Of a stretch of 64,000 nt of DNA, positions 50,111-64,000 are shown in pieces. The position numbers and the translations under genes were made by a program. This stretch comes from Setoptus koraiensis (Eukaryota; Animalia; Arthropoda): contig CM106585.1 of assembly GCA_048013815.1 (NCBI GenBank), positions 1,798,001-1,862,000 on the forward strand, written 5' to 3'. Below the pieces are notes generated by a model. It worked only from the letters and a program-made list of their open reading frames with translations. It was not told where the DNA came from and made no database searches. The stretch's first letter is position 1. Every line of letters begins with the position of its first letter.

Positions 50111-50978
50111 AAAACTCATATACCATAATATATCTTTGCTGCCACACACACACACAACAACAACAACAAGCCCCCTAATACAATCAAAATGGACAGGCGT
50201 CAATAGGAGGCAGTCACCATTATTATTTATTTATATCTATCAGCGCCATTTATCTCATCGCCATCTTCATGATAAATGGACAAAAAACGCCAATTGCACA
50301 TTGCACTACAACTATCGTCAGTCCACCTACTACCCATACAACAACAATACATGCTAAACATTGAACGAAATATTATTGAGGGTCCTATTTCAAAAACAAC
50401 AACAGCCAATTACTATTTACAACAATTGATGCCACACAGCCGATGACGGCGACATGCAGAAACGACGGGTCACATTTCTTGGGACAAATCACATTTAACA
50501 TTTATGATAATAATTTGCATACAACTAACGCCAACACACTTTTGCTGACATTCAAATATTAACCACAGGCATAGTCACTTTTATATATGATCCTTATCTA
50601 TTCCATTGTCACTAGTGGATAGTAGCAACCTTGTTTGTCCCAATCACACATACAGCACATAGGGTGAAAAACCAGAAACAACAACAATAGACTCTCAAGA
50701 TAAACTTGCCAAGACAATCATAACGCTCAATATAGAAATTGCTATTTTAAATTAATTTTAACTTATCATACATAAGATCATCATCAATTCGCTTGTTAGT
50801 TGTTTTTTCTTATCAACTTTAATATCAACCGAATCATCTCAAAAAAAAAACAAGCATACAACAAACACGCTCACCTCTGAGAGGACCATTGGATATTTAT
50901 TAGACAACATCAAAACACTACTTCAATCCGAATAGTGAATTATCAATTTGATTGAACACAAACTAACGAACAATCATT

Positions 50979-52961
50979 ATGGAGGCCAAATTAGAGCAAT
51001 ATGCTGATTTTGCCAAAGCATTCATGACAAATATGTCAGCATACACATTAGCATATGACGACACCAAAACTTATCAAGTATCATTATTAGCCAAATATCT
51101 CCACAAAATTCCTCATTATGATGTCGAGCTGGTTAAAGTCAATTCTTCATTTGATCCCTCAAACAGTCATTATCTTGAGTCTGTGGCAATATGGACTGCT
51201 CTACCGGGATTCTGGTTGGTACTAACATTACTATTATGTCTAATGTTCTTTCTATGCCAGTGCTGTGACATTAGTAACAATAGTGAGAGAATGGACTCAC
51301 TTTCTCTAGATGGATCGCCCGTATTGGATGCACACGGACAACAGATAACAAATAAATTTAGAAAAGAATCGAAACCATCCAAATCTCATGGCTGCTCTAG
51401 ATTCTTTCTATTCATTCTAGCCATATTGACAATACTTTGTGTTAGCGCAGCATTATATGGATGCCTACAGATGCAAGTAGGAATGCATCAGGTCCAAACA
51501 GCAATGAATCATTTATCGCCAATAATTGATAGAATACGTAATCAGTCACTAGAAATGGACAGTGCTTTTAGCAACATAAATAAGGATGCTAACAGATTAA
51601 AGGAGACTCTTGGTAAAGAATTCAACACAAACAGGCACCATGTGCGTCTCGAAGAGATCTCCAAATTGACGCATAACACCAATCTGGAAATCAATAGGCA
51701 TGTTTACGATTTAAACAATGGCCTTCAATCCGTCAGTTTGGAGGCACCTCGATTGTCTATAAACATTATTGAGGATGTCAGGAAACCTTTCTCCATACTT
51801 ATGGTAACTTTACTGATGTTTATCAATATTATACTCATATATGGTGTATGCTGTAACTCTAGATGTTTCTTGCTGATGTACAGTATATTTGGCCTGCTCG
51901 CCATGATAATCTGCTGGATAGCCTGCTCGGTTTATTTAGGATTTTCTATAATGGCTGCTGATTTCTGTAGCAGTCCGCAACCGTTCCTCAGTTCATCGTC
52001 AACATCGGGAAGATATGTCTCGGCCTACGATAAAACTGAACCCGGAATCTACAACTACTATCTCTATTGTAGAAATAATTTGGATCCGAATAATCCCACT
52101 CCCACACCTCCAAAAACGATAGTCATCGTTAAAGAGCTCGATGATATATTGTCAAAAGCATTAACGGAATCGACAAATCTCAGTGCCCAATGTGCCGCCG
52201 GTAACTGCGAAAGATATGACCATATTATTACCTCATTTACCAACACAATACGTAAATCTAAAATAGATCTTGGTGCTATAACACTACAATTAGGCTGCCA
52301 ACCAACTCACAAGTTTTATGTCGATGCGATGTCAGGCTTTTGCAAGACCACTTTCGAAGGTGTCATAATCAAATTAGTTGTGGTTACATTGAGCGGACTA
52401 CTCTTTACATTTTTAACTTTAGGTTCTTCTCAATTGTGGATTTCAATACGCAAGAAACGAGTTGTCAGCTCGTCGAAAAGTTACGCCATGGCTAATCATG
52501 AAATAGACCCATTCTTGCCCAGCAGCAACCAATCAACTACATCACGAAGAAATAATCTGGGAATGAACCACTACGGTATCGCCACAGGATCAAGATCCAG
52601 GTAAATATTTGTGCAAGATCTCTTGTCACAGCAATTTCAAGAGCTAACTTGACATTCTAAGCTTAGTTTAAAGGAATATTCTTATCAAAATGTAGACATT
52701 TCAATTAATCTAGATACATCGTCTCTATAATCTACCCTGTTCATCTTGGCTTTCATTAGGCTTTCACACACACCTCCGCAAACACCCAGATTCAATACTA
52801 CTACATCAACTTCTTTGCATAATAGAATCAGAGGAGCAAATGAGGAGCATTTGGCTTTTTTATCACCCCCGCCGGCTTATGAGCAGCCTCTATATACTGG
52901 TCAACATTATCTTATGTCTAATACTCATAATCAACCCCATCTATATCCAGTACGTCCATGA
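50979..52961 (+). CDS. tty: Tweety homolog (TTYH), ~607 aa; exons 50979-52600, 52760-52961
   Basis: LHKIPHYDVELVKVNSSFDPSNSHYLES N-terminus, WIACSVYLGFSIMAADFCSSP, YYLYC, CQPTHKFYVDAMSGFC are tweety motifs. The spliced tail carries a PPAY (PY) motif; AG|gtaaat ... ttcattag|G junction is in phase. Confidence 0.92.
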
Positions 52962-53514
52962 TTAGGCTTATATCGACAATCAATTCTTGATGTATTTAAA
53001 GATTGTTAGAACTATTCTTTCCATATCTAGCCCCCGCTCTCTATTAGCTCATTATCTTTTCTACTATAAAAAAAAACTGACTAAATCCTCACATCGAATT
53101 CCTATACTCTGCCATCTCAAAATTTCTTAACTTTCTAATATTCTCCTCCTCTATCATCTCGCTATTCCAATATCCTCTATCTATCTACCTCTGAATCAAA
53201 ATCTTTAAAACTCAAACCCTCAACTTTACATCTGGACAAATATCACCATCGTTTTAATTACTCATGAATATCCTATCCACTGGAAAACGTCGACAACTAA
53301 TTTGTGACAATGTGAAAAAAAAACAAACGAAACAAATTTTCTCAACATGTTATCAATACTCAAAAAGACTGATTTTTTCAAATCAGTGCAGGCGACAAAG
53401 TTCTAATTGAAGACAATTTTTAATGTAGTGCGATCTAAAGATTATGTCAAATAAGTAAAGTTAGATACATTATTAATGAGATCCTAATGAGAATAAGTAT
53501 TGTGCAAAGCGATA

Positions 53515-54972
<1,458 letters not shown>

Positions 54973-56049
54973 TCAAGTCCAATCGAACCTAGTGGTGCTA
55001 TATGTCATGTGCTAATAAGTAATGAGCTGCCAATTGTGTTGCTGAAAAGTTGTAGCGTGACATAAGAACATGAAGTGTCTGGCTAGGAATATTCAGAGAA
55101 TTATTATTTTGAATTATTGTTATAAGTGAGTGTGCTTGCCGTTTCGTTGCTGTTTTGTTTTTGACTGTTTTGTGCGCGTTCATAAAACAATTTACAAACT
55201 TATTCACTGTTTGAAATCGTTCACTGTGAAAACTATCGCTATAGCTAATCTAATTCGATCTATCTAATTCGAGGCCACACAATCGTTGGCTTCTTTTCGC
55301 TGTTGGCTGTTGGTTCTTTTACCTGTTAGCTGAGTTGTTTGTTGTATATGTGTGAAGAATCGCTAGTCACACAATTTCTAACAATTACCAATTCTTTTTT
55401 CCTCTACTGCGCAAACTCAAACAGCAGCCCAAGTGGGGAAGCGAATATTCGCTAGCGGCCTGTTGTGCACTGTGCTTTTCCCTCATTGTGTTCATCCTCT
55501 ATATGTGTTTGTTGTGGCGTGCTAGTTAGCCGTATAAATCCGCCTATTTGTCCATATATGAACACACTGGAAATTATTTGACACACACACACACACTCAC
55601 AGAGAATTCTGTTGCTGTTCGCAGTTGCAATTTCGAATTTGGAAGCTTCGAACCGGCCGCCTTGATTAGTTGGCGCTTGAAAGAAGAGGAAAAGAAGCTC
55701 ATGATTGAGTGATTAGCGAACTAGTGCGACCACGGAGCACGGCCGCTTAAAAGTGATCGGACATGCTTTTGACTTTTTGTTGTAAGATGCTGTTGTTTCG
55801 AAATGTGAATTGTTTCAATTAATCCAAATCGATCGATCAAAAAAGAGCTCGTGTTTCTTTGCACTTTTGTCCAATCCGTCCAATCAGTTGTCTGGCGTGG
55901 TCAGCTCGGAATGGATCGATAAGATCGATCAATACTCTATCATATTGTCAGATAGAGTGTGTGTCTCAATCCTTTGCTTCGCCGCTTTGTCTATTCTTTT
56001 GCCGTGTTGGCTGTTTGCGCCATTGGTCATTTGCACGAATCGGCAGCAC

Positions 56050-56700
56050 ACTCTCTCATCTACTTTTTACAGCTGACTTTTTACCTGTCTGTTGTATTGA
56101 CTACAACGTTGTATCAACTATCTGGAGTAAGCCTATTACGGCATATTATTGCCATTTTGCCTGTGTATTATTGGCCGGGCGAAATTGAAATCGAATTAGC
56201 GCCTAAAAGAAGCACCAATATTTATCATGTCTGGCGGCCATTATTGGCGATTGTCCCTGGTTTCTGGTGGAATGGACAAAACATGAGATATTATTAAATG
56301 GAATTGAATTTTATCTCTCAGGCTTAGAGTTGCGGCACATTGTTTGTCGGCATCATCACAGGTGAGCCAACGATGAGAATCACCAATGAGACGCCAGAGG
56401 TGAATGTCTCATTGGGTCTAATTGCGGTCGCACTCCTACTATTTACCTGTGCGTATTTGTCCCGCACACTGACCAATGGCTCGTTGTTCCGCACCAATAA
56501 TCCCTCAATGGTCAACAGCTCAGTCGGCCACTGCTGACCACTGCCGACTGACCGCTCGCGGCCGACAATCGCACTATCTGTGGCGCTCTCTATCCCACGG
56601 GATGCGACACACCGCGCGCGCGAGAAAGAGAGAGAAAGTGATCATTAAGATGACGATGCAAACGATACCAAAATACCTGACCCCCGGAATACCTTTTGTC
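56050..56700 (-). pseudogene. Possible ABCC NBD1 remnant upstream of Bar
   Basis: TFT...LVILIVGSPV (TFR...LMVIVGRV), VLSIPPE...Q...MINIGASF (LSILGE...QMVIRGKISY), YTG, YNVVVNTTDR (YKQVLSACALDR), colinear but weak. Confidence 0.35.
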
Positions 56701-56819
56701 TTGGGCAGTGTTGCACAGCGCACAGTGTCTAGATTGGTGCAGCCAGTCATCAGTTCCAACGTCATAGTTGGCTAGCCAGGGCTGCTGCGACAGTTACAAC
56801 AGATGCTCACCTGGCGAGA

Positions 56820-56858
56820 TTTGCGTCATTTGCGCCACTTGCGTCATTTGCGTCACTT
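56820..56858. repeat. 9-bp tandem repeat ttgcg(t/c)ca(t/c) x4
   Basis: Read directly; contains three TGCGTCA words. Confidence 0.85.
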
Positions 56859-57254
56859 TATCAGGCGGCGGCGGCGCTTGATCAAATGACCTGTCTCATT
56901 GTCAGTGTCAGTGTCAGCTGTTCAGCAACGCACGCTTGTGTCACAACTTGCGATTGGCGCACACAAGTGGCTCACAGTCTTGCCAGCGCGATGCACAGCC
57001 GGCAGCAAGCGTGTGCAGGCCGAGCTAACAATTGCAGCAAATAAAAGCGGCAATAAAGATAAAAAGCAAAAGGTGAGCAGTGCGCAGAAATTTACTGTTC
57101 CGCTGAGCGTGCCACACACAATCATGCCTGACATTAGCATGCACACTTACAGTGACAGAGTGACCATAATGAGTGACATAAGCGAGCTGCCTCGTCGTCA
57201 GCTGTTCCGTCGAATTTTGTCATTCCGTTACACTGCTTGTGTCAGTTAAATGGC

Positions 57255-57385
57255 CGCTGCTGCACCGCTGCTGCACCGCTGCTGCACCGGTGCCATGTGC
57301 TGATGCGAGCGGTGCCACACTGGTGCGAGCGGTTCAAGCGGTGCGAGTGGTGCGAGCGGTGCAAGGTGCACTGGTGCAAGCAGCA
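57255..57385. repeat. GC-rich short tandem repeats (gctgcaccgct; ggtgcgagc/ggtgcaagc)
   Basis: Read directly. Confidence 0.75.
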
Positions 57386-58607
57386 TTGTGACGACATTAG
57401 CATTGTGAGTGTGTGAGCGGAAGTGGCACAAATGAGCGCAGCAAGTAATAAGAGCGTGCTAATGGTGCTGCGGCTTGCGGTGCAGCGGTGCTGCAGCGCT
57501 GCAGCGACTAGAGACTCTCGAGTCGAGAGGCAGGGGGAGGGAGCGAGAATTGGAAATTAACTTTGAGTGTCAACTTTTCACTCTCCTCAACTACCTGTTC
57601 CATTCATATGCTATTCACATGCCATTATGTCAGTCGCTCTGTCGGCTCGCACCGTCCGCCGGTGACTGTCGGCCGCGAGTGCCGCCAGTGGCGCAAACGC
57701 GACGCGCGATGCGATGTGATTTCTCCATTATCCGTGCTCCATTATCCATTTACAAACAATGGTATGGCGTGGTTTGGTTTTTTCCATTTGATATGGTGGT
57801 CAGCGGTGCGCCATTTATAGAGGCTGCACCATGCTGCGTGTGTATTATCTGTGCTAATGATGATTTTTGATGTTGCGTTATAGGCGTGATTGAGTTGCTA
57901 CGAGTTGGCGCGACGCAACGACGCGCCGCAACCAACAACAATAATACGCAAAGCAAATAAGAAGCCAACAAAGAATATAATACACACATAATGGTATTAG
58001 GCTGTTGCGTCGGCCGGCGCGTCGGTCGTTGGCGCGACGAGCACAATGCCAGCGGCCGGCTGGCCAAACTTGACCCTCGTGTCTCTGTTGTGTCGGCGGG
58101 TCATCGTTCATTTCTGCTGCCGGCCACTTGTGCGCACTTGTGGTCACTCCAACGTGAGCCAGCGCTGACGCAAAGATGATGCCGATCACGTTGCGCTGAT
58201 TGATTGTTGCTGCTGTGGCTGTTGTTGTCGTCGCTGTTGTTGTTGTTGTTGTTGCTGCTGCGGTTGTTGTTGTTGCCGAGCCACTGACATGGCGCAAATA
58301 ATAGCGCACACATGATACTCGCAACAGATAATACGGCTCATAATGCGCATAATGCGGATAATACTCACGATACGCAACATACAGCAACATGCACAATATA
58401 GAGCGCACAGAGCACTTCCTGAAGTGATCTCTGTGCGCTCTATATTGATAGCGAGCCAGCGTGTCGCGAACATCGTTGCCATTAGCCGGCCACGAATATC
58501 GCACTGGCAACACCGTCAACACTGGCTGGCAATATTGCAAATATTGGCCAATGATGCATTATTGTTGTTGGCTCGCTCATTCGGCTAATCGATCTTGATG
58601 TGTTTAT

Positions 58608-58716
58608 ATGTTGTTGTCGGCGGTCGTTGTTGCTGTTGTTGTTGTTGTTGCTGTTGTTGCTGTTGTTGCTGTTGTTGCTGTTGTTGCTGTTGTTGTTGCT
58701 GTTGGCGGTCGTTGTT
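58608..58716. repeat. (ttg/ctg)n trinucleotide microsatellite, one of many in 16-29 kb, 41-50 kb and 55-64 kb
   Basis: Read directly; source of spurious polyL/polyN ORFs. Confidence 0.95.
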
Positions 58717-59389
58717 GCTGTGTGCGCATTAAAGGGTGGACCTATAATGAGCAATTGGTGGATTAATGGTCGCCGTTGCCAGACTCGAATGAGCATTGTG
58801 TGTGTGTGAGTCGAATGGCCAATGGTAAAATGAGCCGAATTGAATGATGATTCAATTGATGGCCAAAAGAGAACAACAAATTATCGTCGTCGTGATGATC
58901 ATGCCAACAACAACAGCAGCGACAGCGACAACCACGAGAAGTGTTGCATCAAACAGCCACTCAGGCTGATTACATAATAATCTCTGGCTATCATCATTGT
59001 GGTCATGGCGTCATCATCAATCAAATCAAATCGTGATCGTCCACTCATTCACTCAATTTGAACACTCGCTTGTATGAGCATGGGCGGTTGTCGCATTGGC
59101 CAATTGCCGCCACCGAGCTAGACGACCGAGGGAATAACTAACTAGTTATGAACATGATTTTTACCCCAGTTACATAATAACCCTTGCACTGTTAGCATTA
59201 TGCGCTGTCGTTGTGGTCGTTGCTGTCGCTGTTGTTGCTGTCGCTGTTGTTGCTGTCGCTGTTGTTGCTGTCGCTGTTGTTGCTGCTGTTGACTCGAGTT
59301 GAGTTGAGCTGCGAGCACAACTATGAGCTACAACTATATTCTTGTGTATGCATCGGTGCATACACAAGAATAAGGCGAATATATGAGAT

Positions 59390-59580
59390 CGATTACAATG
59401 ATAATGATCATGATGCCAGTGACTTGTTAAGTCGCGTTAAGCTCGTTAGTCAATAAAGAATGGTCACAATCGCCGGCTGCAAATGAGTCCATCTCAATTT
59501 CGAGTCCATCAGCCACAGTCAACAACGAGTGCGAGCGCCCCCAACTGGGCAACTCCACGCAACAATACACGCCATGCCAT
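59390..59580 (-). pseudogene. Possible ABCC TM6-to-NBD1 remnant
   Basis: WRVLLRGVAQL (VRLLMTLFFPYGVAQL; GVAQL identical with different synonymous codons), LEIEMDSFAA (VRIECRDVSA), LNAT*QV...MIII (LRNITFRI...LMVI). Confidence 0.3.
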
Positions 59581-59616
59581 ACAAGTCAGCACCATACAAG
59601 TCAGCACCATACAAGA
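59577..59616. repeat. 15-bp tandem repeat ccatacaagtcagca x~2.7
   Basis: Read directly. Confidence 0.9.
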
Positions 59617-60639
59617 CGGCCCCACATGAGCGCCATAAGTAGCGCTGGATAAATATCACATATCATATTATATTATTACTAGTTACAACAACTCTGGTTG
59701 TTGTATCGCAAAGTCACCGAGTCGAGAAATATCCATCGGAAGTGCTCATGCGGCACGCTGCATACAACGCCGCATGAATTTGGCGCGCGCGCGTGTCCCA
59801 TCAACAAGCGAGCGTAGCGTAACTGCTGCACTTCCGGTCAATCCTTTGTACGCGCTGCGTGCATCATGTTGTGGTTGTTGTTGTTGCTGTTGTTGTTGTT
59901 CTTTCTAATGGTATGGTGGTTGGTCTGATAAGACCAATAATATGCTTGTATTATAGTCTTTAGAGTGGCCGCAAATCGACGGCCACCAACAAAAGTTGTA
60001 TGTCGAAAACCAAACGAAAGTTGTTCGAATTGGACCAGTGCTCGAATTAGCCATACACAAACAAGAACACACTGACTGTTGGAATACACACACACATTCG
60101 AGTTGGTCAGCAATGATTGTTGCCAACTAAACGCATTACGTCATAATGTCGGCACGTGATGCATAACGTGCTACGCTGCCTGTGATGTGTGCGACGTGAT
60201 GTGTTGCGCAACACATCACTAATGCAACTTGCAACTGTTGTCAGCTATGACTCAATACACGACGACACAGGCACGGCTGCATTGTGAGTCAGTTGTTGCA
60301 CAGTTGACAGTTACGTAAGTAAATGTAAACAAGCAAGTGTTATTAGCATAAAGTGGCCACAAAGTTGTCGTTGTTGTTGTTGTCGATGTTGTTGTTGTTG
60401 TGTGCATAAGAGCACTGATTAATGATTGAGTCATCATCAGCTTGAGCAAATATTTGCATTTGCACCACGCAATAGAAAGGAGGGATCGTTGTTGGTATTT
60501 TTAGTCATAGTTATTTTTTACTTTTTTACTTTTTCACTTTTTTACTCTCTTGCAAGAAATGGCTCAACTTGCGAAACGCAATCTGCAATTTGGCGCAATT
60601 TCAATTTTTGCACAATCTCTCGTTCGTCTAATGATGCTC

Positions 60640-61400
60640 AGTGATCGCTTATTGACACTTGAGTGCGGCCAAAAAATCCACAGCCACCTATTATCTGTGG
60701 GCTGCATGGCTAATGTTTATATTTGATTAGTTGATAGTGAAAAACGAGAGCACAACCGATGAGAAATGAGGCCTGATACGGTTGATACTTGGCAAACAAG
60801 CAAGTGGCTAATGATGCACTTGCCCGGCCTACGAGCGCAGCCAAAAACAAACGCAAACAAATGCAAATATCATCCACTTACGCAACGTATAAACAAGTGC
60901 CGTGCTTAACACTTGTGTGATTATCGTGTGATTAATAGTGCCGATAGTTTGACTTTTCGCTGCCAAAGTCGGCCAGAGTCGGCCAGAGTTGGCAGTGAAA
61001 AGGTATCTGTTATGTAACAATGGCATGAGATGGTTAATTGTGCATATGTGTCAATTGCGTTGCCAATGTGATCAATTGCGCCAACTTTGCTGCCTCACTT
61101 GTCGTTGGGCCTATAAATTGCGAGTCGTATTGTTGACATTTGTGTTGTGTTTGCAGTGGCGGTTAAAAATGGTCACCAATACATAATGCATATATATTCG
61201 CATATATATTCGCCAAATATAAGACGCCATTTTGAGCCAAATCAAGATACAACAGCGACATGCGGTGAGAAATGCAAGCGTAAAGACAAGATTTGCATAA
61301 ACCAACTTATGCACAATATATCCAAATTGACAACAACAAGTCAGCTGGAACCAACGGAACCAACAAGCCGATCTTGGCAAGTCATCTGACGATAACAACA
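60640..61400 (-). pseudogene. Probable ABCC linker/TMD2 remnant
   Basis: LSSDD (identical to the intact linker), YIWRIY (VYWYY), ITQVL (identical), FWL, YQASFLIGCALV (YSSLILGLFLV), GFFGRTQVSISDH (GFFIACMRASINLH), colinear. Confidence 0.45.
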
Positions 61401-62601
61401 ACAACAACAACAACACAAAGTAGTTGCTGTTTAAAGTGCTTATTACGTAACGTATCAAAATGAGGCCGCCACTATGTTGGCCAGTATCGTTGTGCGACCA
61501 CAGCGGCATGACTTGTATGACTGGTAGTATACTTATGGCATAGTTACAGTAGTCATCAATTTAATAGTTGCTTACTTTGTAATGTTGACCTGGATAAATA
61601 ACACACAATGACTCACATGATGACGACGATGACGGCGATGACGACGACGATGATGACGGCGATGACGATGGTGACGATGATGATGATGGCGATGAAATGA
61701 GATAAAACCGAGCAAATCAAATTAAATACTAAGTACAACTAAACTCAATTATTTGACATTGCCCTAATGATTAAATGCACATCACACAGTTGATTTGCCG
61801 GCCAGCTCTCATGTGTGTCTATAATCTCAATACTGTGTTATTATTGCATTGTTATTGTTACGCAATAGTTGCTTCTCATGCCCCCGTCGCCGTCGCTGCA
61901 GCAGCAACAACAACAACAACAACAACAGCAACAACAGCAACAACAGCAGCAGCAACAGCAACGACAGCAGCAACAACAACAGCAACAACAACGGCAGCCG
62001 GTGAGATGCTAATGATGGACGAAACTAGCCAACTTTGCACAAATTACTAATGACTTACCTGTGTGTAGCTCATTGATACTGTCTCACTGTTGCCTTGTGT
62101 TGGCCACAATGCATAAATTGCAATTGAGGCATAAAGTTGGCACAAAGTGGCGCCCGCCACACACCTCACCGCGCTTACCTGACTCAGCTGACTCACCTGG
62201 CTGCCCGACTGACCATTGTTATCGTGTTGGCGTCGCTCATGACGCAACCGTAATTGTTTATATACATACGTATGTATGTATATTTGTTGTCTTCTTTAGT
62301 CGTTTGCATTGTTTCTGGCGCGTCTGTCGTGGTGATTTTTGTCAGTCAGTTGCGCTGATGTTGTTGGCTGTTGTTGGCTGCGGTTGCCTGCGGTTGGCTG
62401 TGGCTGGCATCATCTCGCCGCAACTTGTTTGATCGCGCCATAATAAGCCTAATGAGTATGACCTCACAACTACTGACTGTGAGAAATGCGCTCTCACAAG
62501 CGCAAACAATGCAACACTGCCAACTCTTGGCCAACAAAATCTAAATTGGCTTGCAATTCAAATTATATTACGCAATTCGCCATCCCATCGGCCATATAGA
62601 G

Positions 62602-62644
62602 TAATGTGCGCTCGGCAGGACAGTCCTGCCCAGCGCACCATTAT
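62602..62644. other. Near-perfect palindrome, 16-bp arms
   Basis: gtgcgctcggcaggac-a-gtcctgcccagcgcac: 15/16 complementary, with taat/atta flanks after a bulge. Confidence 0.85.
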
Positions 62645-64000
62645 CGACACATCATCATCATGAGCGGTTTTTGTTTTCTCAGTTAGCTCTCCTCTATTCA
62701 TTGGCCTGACTAACTAACTAACTAGTTAGTTAGTTAATTAGTTGGCTATTCACAAAATCAGTTTATTAGCCAGTTAGTCAGTCAGTCAGTTCTTTAGTCA
62801 GCTGGGTGTATTGGCAGTTGAACAGAACAGGTGAGACAATAGGGAAACTGGTTGATTTATGTGGTCCGTGATTGTTTGTCTATCCCATTAGCAGTCGTTG
62901 TCCTTGTTGTTGTTGCTGTTGTTGTTGTCGTGCAAATGGTCCCACTGAACGAATGAACGAATGTATGGCGACGGTGTCAAATGGCCAAACTAAACTAACA
63001 AGTGCCACAGACGCAACATTGTGCATTGTTGTTGAGTATTGGCCGCTTTGATAGTGGCAGTTGTAGGCAGTTAGTCGCAACAGTGGTAGGCAGTTAGCGA
63101 GAATATGTCAGATGTAAACAATGTTTGCGCACAAATGCAAATTAAGCGAATTCGGCCCATGCCAATGTTGCCAATTTAGTGGCGCTTTTGCCACTCGATA
63201 AGATCTGTTCGAGTGGCCAGCGCGATGATGATCACAAATGACACATTATTTGCGAGCACCATAATTGGCCCACACAACTGTTACGTAATTGTGTGCTACC
63301 TTGTTAGTTAGAATTGGCTGTTAGCCAGCCAGTCAGTCAGCCAGTTAGCCAGGCAGTGCGTTTATTCATTTGCATTTTATCAGTTCACTAGCAGTTCACT
63401 TTATATTTGGCAACTTAATTACCTGACGAAAAGCTTACATAAGCAGCAGCAGCACATGAGGCGTACATTAGTTGCTCTCTAATGCGCACTAATGATTAAC
63501 TATGACCAACGCCAACACTAACTAACTATTAACAGTGCAGCCAGTAGGAGCAGTCAATTAATCGAGGAAATTCTTTCATTAATCGTCGGCCAATGACGAC
63601 TGTACATAGTGAGAGGTAGTTGACAGTTGAACGTTGACAGTTGAATGCTGACAGTTGACAAGTCGCAATTTACCAGTCACAAGTCAACAGTCGACAGTCT
63701 GCCAGTGCAAACGACTCAACAATCAACAGCCTGTCCGGTGGTGAAGTCACAATGATGAGAGACAGACCAACCAGCTGACTAACTTTTCAATTCAATAATG
63801 ACACTTGTTGCAGCCTCTGGTTCAATTGTTATAATGCGACGCCAGTCGGCTAGCCGGCCGGCCGGTTGGTTGGTTGGTTGATCGTGCCAATTGCAAATGA
63901 GCAATTTGAATGAGCTTTGTTTGTTTGTTTGCCAATCAGTGATACAATGCGAAAACAGTTTTTAGTTGTTGGCACCACTTAAAAAATCAATTGTCCCACT

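Noticed and set aside
57878-58796. 220-aa and neighbouring ORFs upstream of Bar
   Set aside because: Repeat-derived (polyT/Q/N), no coherent domain or splice structure.
63060-63260. GMGRIRLICIC and ATRTD resembling ABCC TMD1 motifs
   Set aside because: The two motifs are in the wrong order relative to the live protein.

Overview
Eukaryotic (arthropod, most likely a compact-genome mite; inference from short GT-AG introns of about 90-550 nt, intron-poor genes and the gene set) genomic window. I found no rRNA, tRNA, CRISPR array or recognisable transposase. Nine protein-coding genes can be reconstructed by hand: a tetraspanin (5' part, - strand), an 8-exon SLC22 transporter (-), a complete ~3074-aa type I fatty acid synthase (-), an intact ABCC4/MRP4-like transporter (-), a small 2-exon orphan gene missed by the ORF track (+), mitochondrial Hsp70 (-), a FAM151/menorin homolog (-), tweety (+) and a BarH-type homeobox gene (-). 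The main unexpected result is that much of the apparently empty, microsatellite-rich intergenic DNA is a field of dead ABCC transporter genes. About 15 heavily deleted, frameshifted remnants (roughly 8 with good multi-motif support) lie on the - strand with their motifs in the same order as the one intact ABCC. They run from ~1 kb to ~61 kb, interleaved with unrelated genes. All remnant alignments were made by eye and need tblastn/HMM confirmation. Also noted: short non-coding blocks shared between the intact gene's 3' flank and remnant flanks, a perfect 24-bp hairpin, and large low-complexity insertions inside FAS and FAM151.
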